Shown here: in pieces, positions 53,646-64,000 of the stretch
Position numbering within the stretch: the stretch's first letter is position 1
How the letters are laid out: each line of letters starts with the position of its first letter
NCBI RefSeq assembly: GCF_009834535.1
Contig: NC_045697.1
Location: 78,742,001-78,806,000, forward strand
Direction: 5' to 3'
DNA from: Camelus ferus
Lineage: Eukaryota
DNA length: 64,000 nt
Program-made: the position numbers and the translations under genes
Notes under the pieces: generated by a model
What the model was told of the DNA's origin: nothing
The model's database searches: none
Seen by the model: the letters and a program-made list of their open reading frames with translations, nothing else

Positions 53646-55261
53646 GGGTTCCCATCATTTACCTTTGAGCTTTTCCAGCACACTGGCATCACAGTAAATA
53701 AGTAACTAGCCCCAAGAATAGCCTGCTTCCTATTTTCATTAACATATAACTTGAAAGACTGTACTCAGCAATAAGCTGAGTTAAAATAGAATCGGTTTCT
53801 TTTTTATAAATTCCATAAAATGTTGGACCCTATATATATTTACTAATAGCCTGGGTTTCTGTTTGTTTTTTATTTGTTTGTTACTAAAAGATTAACATTT
53901 AATTTGCTGTAGATACCTATTAGGCTTGGCTTCTGCCAAAAAATATCTTGGGAATTAAATCTAAAGTTATTCTCATGATTAATACAGTCTTTAGAAATCT
54001 AACATAATTTTTTGGTGGTACTGTTAGAGAAATAAAATATCTTAAGATAATAAAGGATTACTCTTACTACAACTTTCAGTCTATCACAGCAAAAAGCATG
54101 TTGCTTTAATTTATTTTGTGATAAAAATCTTGCATTTTTTTGTAACCTAGAATAACTATTTTTTGTTTTGTCCTTTACCTTCTGTTTATTCCATTTACTT
54201 TCATTTTTTTCAACAGAACTGAAATAACCATTTTTTAAAAATGCTTCAACACTGTATTTGCTAGATAAACACAAGAATAGACAGAATTATGATAAAACTA
54301 GTGGTAGCAGACCAATAACAATTTTCATACATCAAACTTTCAAAGCCTTATTGTCCACATTGATTGGCTGGCTATGCGTTTCTGAGACAATCAATGTACC
54401 TGCGTCTACGATGTATATGGAATTGCTTCTTAAGCAGTGCACATATTAGACAAGTGAGTCATTTGCTTGCAACACCAAACGATGTTAAATCTACCCACAC
54501 CCCCTTAGCATATTTTTGAAGTTATTTCATTATTTTAGCAAGTAAATGAGGTTTCTTGCAAGTAATTATGAGCGTTACAAAATAATCAGCTAGAATACGG
54601 CCAGAGACCCCAGCGCTCGTAGTTTGAGTTAACTGTATAGTGTTTAGATTTTTCTAGTTAGTGTATAAACACCCAAGTGAGGAACTCAAGGTCATAATCC
54701 CATTTTCTTTCTAATCTTTATCATGGCATATTTATATATTTAGTAAAAGAAATCTATTTTGAACAAATATGAAATTCTGATGCACTTTCCTCTAACATTT
54801 TATAAATTTACAAGAGTAGCAAATAAGCACCCTTACCTGAATGTAAGAGTTGCTAAAATTTTGTCACATTTCCACACTCTCTCATTGCATGTGCACACAT
54901 GTATGTGTATGTATGTATACATACATTCACATATATCACTCTTTGCACCTATAGATGTGCTCCCACATGTAATATATATACACACATACACATACATATA
55001 TATATTTAGCTGAATCGTTTAGGAATTATTTAGATGTACATTCATAATATTATCCTTAATGCTAGGTCTTATCAAGCAGTATGAGTAAAATAACAATTTT
55101 TACTTCTATCTTAAATATATATTAAACATGCTGCCTTTCTCATGAGAATTTAGTAATGTTGACAAAGTAATTTTATAAGTGAAAGGAAATTTTAGATCAT
55201 CTTTTTCCCAATTAGCACAAAATTAAAACGCGTTTTATTAGTTCACTTAAACTAGTGTCAA

Positions 55262-55885
55262 TAACCAGCCTCCTGGCTACCTCTTTTATCAACCCTTCTC
55301 TCAAGCCTTTCCTCCATCAGCAGCCAAGAATTCTGCAAAACCATAATCAGATCATGCTAACACCTACTCAGAACCTTCTGTGATTTCCCATCTTACTCAG
55401 AGTTAAGCCTGTGTTTTTAAATGGCCTACAGGAACCTGCACTGACTCTCTGTACCCCTTTAACCTCACCTCCTGATGTTCCTAAAGGCCCAGAAAAGCCC
55501 CAGCCTCAGGGCCCCAGCACCTGCAATTGCCTCTGCCTGGAACATTCTTCCCTCAATATTCTCATGGCTTGCTCCTTCTGCCCTTTTAGATCTTGACTTA
55601 AATATACCCTTCTCATGGAGTCTTTTCCTTGCCATTTTCAAAACTGTTAAAACACACACACATCCAACCTGTATACAAGTACTCCCAACCCCTCTCTTGC
55701 TTAAGTATTATCATAAGCACTTACAGAAATCTAATATTCCCTATCTTTTATTTATTTACCTACATATAAGCTTCCAAAGGACAGGGGTATTTGTCTGTTT
55801 TCTTTGCTGTTATATTACCAATCCTATAGTGGTGCATGGCATAAAGAAGGTAATCTCATGATATTTTGTTCTGTTAATGAATGAT
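55262..55885 (+). mobile_element. L2a-like LINE 3' portion
   Basis: CAGCAGCCA...TCAGATCATG...CCCATCTTACTCAGAGT...CTCTGCCTGGAACATTCTTCCC...TAAGCTTCCAAAGGACAGGG...TGAATGA. Confidence 0.85.
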
Positions 55886-56041
55886 ACAAATACATATGAA
55901 GCAAACAATAAACTAATACAATATATTAGTACTTTTGGCATATATTAGTTTCTTTAAGGTAGCTATTAGCAATATTAATGTCTCAACTCTATTAACATTC
56001 TGCACTTGTCCAGTACCTTCCACATATGTTAGCTCATTGAC

Positions 56042-56505
56042 CGTATTAGTTATCTATTGCTGCATAACAAATTATCTCAAAATGTAGTGGCTGAAAACAA
56101 GAAGTGCTTATCTCAGTCTCTGAAATGAGGAATGCAAGTGCAGCTTAGCCGGTGCCTCCCATTCAGCATCTTTCCAGAGGTTGCAATCAAGCTGTCAGCT
56201 GTGACTCCAGTCCCTTCAAACTTGTTGGGAGCTGGACATCTACTGTTGGGTTCATTCATGCTGTTGCCGGATGGTCGTGGGTCCACACGAGCCTCTATAT
56301 AAGCTGCCTGAGTGTGCCCTTGTGACATGGCAGCCAGTGCTCTGAGAGAGCTAGGAAAGGCTTCCCAGATAGAAGCCTCCATCTTCTGTGACCTAATCTC
56401 AGAAGTAACATTTCAATCCAGCCCACATTCAAGGGGAGAGGATTACACAGGGTACGAATACCAGAGACAAGGATCATGGGGGCCTTCCTAGAGGCTGCCT
56501 AAATT
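56042..56505 (-). mobile_element. MLT1F/G-like solo LTR (ERVL-MaLR)
   Basis: GTATTAGTTATCTATTGCTGCATAACAAATTA...TAGTGGCTGAAAACAA...GAGGTTGCAATCAAG...GACATGGCAGC...TTCAAGGGGAG...GGATCATGGGGGCC. Confidence 0.88.
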
Positions 56506-56682
56506 TTTGACTGTTTTATAAATATGGAAGTTGAAACCTAGAGATGGCAACTTTTCCCAAGTTATATAGTTAAAAGTAAGATAGAGTCATTCTGATTCCC
56601 TGCTCAGTATCCTTTGAGGATCACTGATAAATTTAAATGTAATAAATATTTTCAAAAAGTGAGGAAGTACCTTTTTGCCTTG

Positions 56683-56910
56683 CTATGTGCCAGATACTAT
56701 TTAATTGCCTTACATATGTCAACCTACTTAATCCATAAAACAAACTCTGAAAGTTAGATACGCTTGTACACTTCTGACAGAGAAGAAAAGTGAGGAATCG
56801 AGAATTAAAGTCACTTTCTCAGGGTCATACAGCTAAAAAGTCTCAAGGTTGGCATTCAAACCTAGCAGTCTCGCTTGAGAGACTGACTTCATAACCAGCG
56901 CTCTGTACCA
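56683..56910 (-). mobile_element. MIR SINE
   Basis: CTATGTGCCAGATACT...TTAATCC...ACAGAGAAGAAAAGTGAGG...CTCAGGGTCATACAGCTA...ATTCAAACCTAG. Confidence 0.8.
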
Positions 56911-56977
56911 CATGCCCCTTAGACACACAAAAGCTAAAGCATTTTGACTGTCTCCAATTCATTAAAATTCATTTAGT

Positions 56978-57106
56978 AAGGAAGGGTATAGATCAGTAGT
57001 AGAGCACATGCTTAGCATGCGTGAGGTCCTGCGTTCAATCCTCAGCACCTCCATTAAAATAAATAAATAAACCTAATTACCTTCCTGCCCCCCTGAAAGA
57101 ATTTAA
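56978..57106 (+). mobile_element. tRNA-derived SINE, Vic-1-like (camelid)
   Basis: GAAGGGTATAGATCAGTAGTAGAGCACATGCTTAGCATGCGTGAGGTCCTGCGTTCAATCCTCAGCACCTCCA is a tRNA-like head with degraded A/B boxes, followed by the TAAATAAATAAACCTAATTACC tail. Degenerate duplication AAAATTCATTTAGT (56964-56977) / AAACTTCACTTTGT (57107-57120). Confidence 0.9.
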
Positions 57107-58881
57107 AAACTTCACTTTGTATCTCTTGTCCTTTTAACCTCAAAACAGAAGAGGTGTAATGTCATTTTTACAATTGTCTGGTGAGGAAACTTCCATACAA
57201 CAGGCAAAAATACCTCAGATTAAAAATCGTATCCCTTGTGTGTACTGACTGCAGTGAGAAGACAGTCAGACAAGTATGTGCCCACTGGTTGGATCTACAT
57301 AGAATGTCTCATTGCTGACTATACAGGTCTCAGGTGAATATCGCTTCCCTCTTTCAAAGGAATAAGAAAGCCACACACAGAGAATGCCATCCAGTGAATG
57401 GGAAATACCTCCCTCCTCCTCTCTTTTCTTTCTAGCTTATAAAAGTTCCCCTTCCAAATGGCAATAAGTCACTACAGAGAATGCATTTTGTAAAGTATGA
57501 CAGTCTTCCTTTAGTAGTGATGCACTTAAGGCAGGCATGTAGTAATCTCTAGAAATATACCGCCTGGAGTGTCTTATGGCTTAATTAGAGCTGGCACAGG
57601 GCTGCTGCTTCTCAGCCTTGAGCCAGTGCAAGAGCAGTGGAAGGAGGCAGGGGTATTAAAAGCGCTATTTCAGGGGGACATAAAGTAATGCACAGTGCCA
57701 ATCTGCAGAAAGTAACATCAAAGACTCCTACTACTACAATAAAATGTCAAAATGCCTTGCTTCATTGTAGTCAGAGATTAAATCCATCGCTGTGTCCATG
57801 ACCTCTGTGGTTCTAAAAGACTACATTCCTCACTCACAGGACCACTATAAAGGTAAACATAATTTCCCCCTAAACTATTCACTGAACGGAAGAAGGATGC
57901 CATCATTATAATTATGTAAACATATTCTCTTACTTCCTTAAATAGCCTATCATCTTTTTAAAAAACTAGTACTACATTTCATCAAAGGCAAATGGATAGT
58001 CCATAGGAATTAGATGATAAACGTTGTGGTTCCAGCTGATGCCCCTTCAGCTTCCACATCTGCTCAAGAGGCTTCCAGAGAAGTTTTTCAAGCATCAGCA
58101 ACACATTACAATCCACAGCAAATTTTGCTTTTTCATAATCCCCACATTAGTAACTTCCTACTTCAGTATTAGGACAGTCTATCTGGGGGCAACAGCACTC
58201 TGTTAACTAGATCCTTGGTTCTTTCCTCAACAATTGATTCCTACTTCTCCATCTTGTGTAGTAGTGGAATTTTCTCCTAACCATCTCAACCACTACTGGA
58301 ACAGAATTTCTTGCCCCTAATCCAGACTTTCCATGAGTTGGTCGTAAACACTACTGTTGGTTCTCTTATACAATGCTACCAGGTTAAGTAAAACTTAAGT
58401 GCGCATGCTTTAAAAAAAAAAAAAAGTCCAATCTTAAATTGCCAGAAAGTATGGCAGCTGGGCTTCAAATCTATGCTAAATTTTAATTTTTTATCAATTT
58501 TTAATTGCATTTTTAATTTCAAACTGAAGTCTGTAAGAAAAACTACAAGCAGATCCTGGGGCATCGATGAAGAACAAGGCAAGCTCCTTAATTGAAACTT
58601 TTCCTCACCAAAGGATTTTAACTTGTCCACTGACTGAATGGTCCACAAGAACAAATTTTTGTTTTTACAATGAAAGTCAATGGAAAACATGTATGGTTTT
58701 CTTTATAAACAACCTTTCATAATCATTGGACACTTGCATTCTTCTTTTAAGATCAGGCTCTGTCTAAACCAACAATTTATTGAGCCCCAGTATGTTCTCA
58801 TAGGCAATGAACCAGCTCTCTTTACCAGTAGCAAAGTACCTCAAGGCCTAGGATCCGAAAGAAATTTTTACTGAAAGTCAA

Positions 58882-59049
58882 GACCACCTATATAATTGGT
58901 GGGTCTCAGGCCAGAATGAAAATCCTAGGTTCTGTTTCCAAAAATTATTGAGAATTATTAAGAATTTCAAGGCAGCAACAGCAAATGAGAGGCCCCATTA
59001 AGTGTGGAGTCTGTGGAACTGCACAAGTGACATGCCCATAGCTGTGCTG
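58882..59049 (-). mobile_element. MER91A-like hAT-Tip100 element
   Basis: CTATATAATT...AATGAAAAT...AAAAATTATT...AAGAATTTCAAGGCAGCAACAGCA...ACTGCACAAGTGACATGCCCAT. Confidence 0.75.
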
Positions 59050-61726
59050 CAAGTTTAAAATGCCATATATAAATCGCAATTAAATATATATATTCAGTAG
59101 CAGTGTTACACAGAGTTTTTAATGTATACAGTAGCCTGTTAATTCAATCCTTTTTAGTCAGTTCAGCAACACAAACAAAAACATCTTCACTCCTACTGCA
59201 CCAACAAAAAAAGCAATGATCTTACAACAGGAGAACTCATCCCCAGATAACTGGTGCTCATGCCCTGTTGGCAAGGCTGGCACACGTTCTAACACTAAAA
59301 TAGAATTTTAGAAATACAACTATGCATGTGTTTTAGTCTGTTAAAGAGAGTTATTAGTGTGCAAAACCTTTTGAAATAGGAAGACATGGTAAATAAAGGG
59401 AAAAAGGGTCTGAAGGTGGGAAAGTCCATTCAGGTACTAATGGAGGAAATGTGACAGAGACGTGGCTTCCAGGTTTGTTTGAATCTTTTAGAGCATCATG
59501 TTTTGGAATTCAGTGTTCACAGTGCTGATATTTGGAAATACTGCAAACCTCCACAGGCTTTTCTGTTTTTCTTTAAACAGTATATATTTCTCCACCACGC
59601 TGATCTGGGAAAACATTGACATCAGTTCTGACGATGTTGGAGGGGCAAGTTACAAAGAGTCTCCCGGTGGAGAGAAGCAAAGGGCGGATGATGCCGTAGG
59701 CTGAGTTATCTCATTACTAATATCTGCCCAACAAGGGTTGGAGTGAGATTTATGTGCTGAGTAGTCAAGTAATCACTGATGTTCCGGGCAAGCAGATCCA
59801 AGGCTGGGATTTTACTGGATCATATCAAATGAGGGAGAAGAAACAGATGTAGCTCCCCAACTGGGAAAAAAGAGACAGAGTTACAGCTCAGAAGGAAACT
59901 ATGTGCCATGCATATGTGCCTGATTACCCTCTGATGCCTTTCCTTTTCACATGTATCTAGAATATGCAACTTATTTCAATGTTTATGTTTTCTTGATATT
60001 CCATCAGCTTGGGAAAAATATGACTGTTCTTATAAATGTCATCATCAAATAGAATTATAACTTGTTTGTTTAGATAACTTTTGTTTATCTCCTTAAGTTA
60101 GTCCAATACTGACAGAGACTCATACCACTCTCTTACCACCATCCATACATGTAGTCAGGAAAGATTCTTAAGAAAGTGTCTTTTTTCTTGTTTACTTAGC
60201 AAAAGATACTTTTTCTCCCTTGGGAATCTTTTTTACAATCTCATAATTTTATAGTCACTTCATATTTTGAGAGTATTTAAAAGCCTTGAGACAATTTTTT
60301 CACTGAACAAGTCATGTATATATATCTTACTGTATGTGAGAAGCACAATTATTGCTCCTTATTTTTAGGTATAAGTTCAGGGTATATTACTGACTTACTG
60401 AATGAAAATTTTTACTGTTAAAAATAGAGCCAAAGACACTCAATAATATAAAATGAGAATATTGTACCCTAGTCCCTGACACGGAGGATTGTGGTTGAGA
60501 CTGCATGAATCTTACATCCCCTCACTCAGCAACCTTTGTTTGGAAACCCTCTATATTCACTTAGGGAAGTATAGGCAGCCAGCTCTAGGAATTAAGAATA
60601 AAATTTTTAAATTCCTTTCTATACGATAATATTGCAAATCTAATCCTCTCTTAATTCCACTACTTCCATAGTCTATGTGTACATAGAAAATTTTCCTTTT
60701 ACTTTTGGATCTCCCCTCTCTTCTTCCCTCCCCTCCCCTCCTCTTTTCTTTGCATTCTTGGTAAGGTCTTGGGCAGTCAAGCTTCCCTAGAGGCCACATG
60801 ACTTTCTAGGACCACTCTGACTTCTGCCCTGGTATCTAGGAACGTACTGGTGGGGATAAGCAGGAGGCTGGACATTATTTGCATTCTTCCTTGATTGATG
60901 GGGGTAACTGGGTTGCTTACACGCTCTTTACTTATTCAACGTCCAAAAAGTCAACCACTATTAAAAGACATATTTAATTAGATGTCAGTGATGTAAGCTG
61001 AAATCACACAGACAGAAGTTTAAACTGGCAACTCTAACAGTGGTCCCTATGCCTTAGATTTCTTAAATGGTTTAGACAACCATTTTGTTCAAGTTGTCAA
61101 TAGATGTTCTGGGTTATGATCCTACTTCAAGATGAAAATGAGTATGTGATTCTTTTTTTTCCAGAGTAGCCATAAAGTAACGTTTTTGTTTTGTACTTAA
61201 GAAGCTGATGGGGTGGGGTGTAGTCTCAACTTTCTGATTTTTTCATTCTCACAAAGTCTTTGTTTTTGTAAGAGCACCATATTCTCACTGCATTACTCTA
61301 GCCATGTTAACAGTTTATGAGATGTTTTATCCAAAAGAACATAAATGAAGTAAATTTAGTTCTCTCTGTCTTCCTTATTTTATATGTGCTGCTGGATTTA
61401 TAGATTCCATTGCAACCACAGAAACAGATGTGTTGAAATATATTTAGTGTTTTTTTTTTTACAAAAGAAAAAAGAACACTTTCCATCAATTACTACTTTT
61501 CCTCTATGGACGGGAATTTAGAAAATCTTGCTATGAATTTTGCAAAATTGTGATTTTAAAGATTCTAAAAACCTAAGAATGCTTTCTGTTTTACCTAGAG
61601 TTTTTAGTTATCCTATAACATTTGGTCTGCTTCACACTTCATTGACTAAATAGGAATTATCTGTTATCATTCATTATGAAAGTATTGTCAACTTGAGATA
61701 CTTGCCCTTAGTAAAAATGTGGCAGG

Positions 61727-61900
61727 AAGGGCTACATAATTTATGGGGCCCAGTGCAAAATTAAAATGTGAAGCCTCTTGTTTAGAAAGGATAGGGAATT
61801 TCTAGACAGTTACAGAAGAGCGTTAAACGAAGTTTAGGACCCTTCTAAGCACAGGACTCTATGCGGCTGCACCGATCAGATGCCCATGGAGGCAACCTTG
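61727..61900 (-). mobile_element. MER91A-like hAT-Tip100 element
   Basis: GGCTACATAATTTATGGGGCCCAGTGCAAAATTAAAATGTG...GCGTTAAAC...CCCTTCTAAGCACAGG...GCTGCAC...TGCCCATGGAGGCAACCTTG. Confidence 0.85.
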
Positions 61901-62071
61901 AATGGTGGCATGTTTCAGCTATTTCTAAATCCTATGCTCTGTAATCACATTTCTTACCACCAATCGGCATTAGGAATGTGCAAACTTCAATAAGTTTGGA
62001 GCTTTTATTTCTATTTCCACATAGTAAGGAGATACATATTCTCACTTATTACTTTGGCTAGGAAACTTAAG

Positions 62072-62105
62072 TTTTTTGTTTTTGCTTTGTTTTTGTTTTT
62101 GTTTT
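62072..62105 (+). repeat. Imperfect (TTTTTG)n repeat
   Basis: Seen directly in the sequence. Confidence 0.8.
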
Positions 62106-63174
62106 ACATTTCAGGAGCATTGGGGCATCACTAGTTCGGTAAAAATCTCAGTAATATTATTCTAACATGGAAGAATTTCAGTATCCCATGTGAACATACT
62201 GGGGTGGGGGAAAGTAAAGCTTTCAGATTTGGGATTTATTCATTTCATTTGGAATGTTTTCTCCTAAGTTTGCATGAATTGATTTTGGTGAAATACAAAT
62301 TCTTTGTTGAGAAGATACAAACAGGAGTCATAGAATAATAACTTCAACTTTCACCAGGAAGCCACGTAGTCATTCATTTAGTCACTTAGTCTGGTAGTCT
62401 TCAGTCAGCACTTATATTCCCCAGGTGTAGACATTCATAAAGAAGGTGGTCCAAAAAAGAAAAGGGGAGATAGTCTATGAAACAAATGCTGCCATCTAGA
62501 GAGGGAGAGTAAAGAATATACAGACAGTGGTCATTTTCCAAGTATAATTCAAACAAAAATGGAAAGCCTCAGTCAGAATTTCACATCTCAGAATGTGAAA
62601 ATTTTCCAAGGAGAAATCATCCCTTAGAAGAAATCAGCACTTCATAAAAAGAAGCTGTTAAGAATTCCCTTAACTTGAGGTGAAAGGTTATTCTGCTAGT
62701 AATTCTGTATAACAGGGAACCTAGCAAGAGATTTTTTTTAAATTTTAAGCAGGATCCGTTAAGGACGGTGTTCTTGAGGCTGTATAAAATAACTGCATGA
62801 GAGCCAAATGTTTTATCTGTCAAAAAAGTAAATGAGTATACAGCTTTGTTTCTGATTTGTTTTGTTTAAACAAACTTTTAAAAATCACAAGAAGGTAGTA
62901 TATTGGTCAGTTTACCTCATTTTCATGATACAGTACAAGGACACTGTTTACTCTGAGTGGCTTTAAAAGAACACGAATTGTAAAATCAAACAAACACCAA
63001 AGGAATCACTGAAAATACCTGAAAAATCACAGGAAAAGGTAGCGATTTAGCTTGTCTCTATATATTACATGTGCAGACATTTAAACAATTCACTTTTTAG
63101 AATGAATAGTACATACTGAGGTAGCAATACCCGAATCAATTCACTTAGAAATTTCCCAAAACATTTCTAGAATA

Positions 63175-63569
63175 CAGGTTTCCCCTGCTATCCAAAAGCA
63201 GAGTGTTCCTATGAAACCTTTCATAAGCCATAATGTCCTAAAGTGAAGCAGCAGCACCTTAGGACACATCTTGCTAGGGGATGTACAAAATAAATTGAGA
63301 AAAAGCACAGAAGCTCACAGACACAGGTCAAAGCTACTGGGGGGTTGATGCTGAGATGCTGAAAGTAGATCTTGGGGAAGGAGCTGGTGGTGGAACCCTC
63401 ATTGCTAAAGGTACCTGCTACCTCTCTAACAGCTCATTGCAAAACAAAGGCTGAATGCATTTTTGCTTTTCTTCATATTTCTTTCTGTTATCGAAAACAG
63501 GTACTGATGAAGGTCTTTTGTAAAAGTGAAGTGGCATAAAATGAACTTTTGAAAAGTGGAATATGCCTA
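63175..63569. mobile_element. Non-autonomous TcMar-Tigger element (possibly Tigger6-like)
   Basis: TA|CAGGTTTCCCCTGCTATCCAAAAG ... CTTTTGAAAAGTGGAATATGCCTA|TA: imperfect inverted termini of about 24 bp with a TA duplication. Confidence 0.75.
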
Positions 63570-63951
63570 TAACTCATTAGAATACACCTTGCCTAGATTA
63601 CTGAAAAAAACAACCAAATTATTAGTTAAGGAATATCCTAGGTCATTTTAAAATCCAAGCAGTATGAACTGAAGTAGGTTTTAAAGTTCTTTTTTTCAGC
63701 TGCTCAGTATTTTGTCCTCTGAAAAGTTTTGAAATTTAGTATTGCATTGTAAATTTCAATTTTTTCTCAGCTATACATTTATCTGAGATAATATATTTAT
63801 ATGTATGCATATAAGTATATTTACATATACTTGATATAATTAAAATTATAAAAATAAATCGAAATCTGCCATTTAAATTTGTTTACATAGAAGGGCTCAT
63901 GCTTCTCAAACTTATCTAGTAAGAAATAATTAATTGAGCACTGTTAAAGCA

Positions 63952-64000
63952 TCATTCACTCATTCATTTAGCAAATACATATTAAGTACCTACAATATCC
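63952..64000 (-). mobile_element. L2 3' tail (cut by the window edge)
   Basis: TCATTCACTCATTCATTTAGCAAATACATATTAAGTACCTAC. Confidence 0.6.

Noticed and set aside
54357..54397. Pre-miRNA; minus strand TGATTGTCTCAGAAACGCA loosely resembles miR-219
   Set aside because: The stem is only 10 bp with no extended pairing, and similarity beyond the first 8 nt needs gaps.
55475..55861. 128-aa ORF
   Set aside because: Lies entirely within an L2 3' fragment.
56981..57053. Possible tRNA gene
   Set aside because: A and B boxes are mutated and it continues into a SINE tail with a target-site duplication, so it is a SINE head.
1..64000. CRISPR array, operon, prophage, viral or synthetic insert, CpG-island promoter
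   Set aside because: I saw no regularly spaced repeats, long ORFs or compositional break. The sequence is uniformly CpG-depleted mammalian DNA with only small CpG-retaining patches.
1..64000. Naming a host gene
   Set aside because: No candidate exon translates to a protein I recognise, so any gene symbol would be a guess.

Overview
AT-rich, CpG-depleted eutherian genomic DNA, most likely camelid: it carries a tRNA-derived SINE resembling Vic-1 and an artiodactyl-type L1 3' UTR, and I saw no Alu, Bov-tA or PRE-1. I recognise no intact protein-coding gene. The supplied ORFs are chance frames or LINE-1 ORF2 remnants, so the window looks intronic or intergenic. It holds layered transposon fossils: L1s (two with clear target-site duplications), L2, MIR, MLT1 LTRs, and Tigger- and hAT-type DNA elements, including a Charlie-type transposase remnant next to an L1MB. 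Several repeat-free patches retain CpGs or are motif-dense and are candidate enhancers or small exons. Repeat family names come from my memory of consensus sequences, not from a search. I found no convincing previously undescribed system. The best leads are two TAATC(C/T)-rich candidate enhancers (about 39.0 kb and 49.5 kb) and candidate minus-strand exons (44.6 kb, 14.9 kb).
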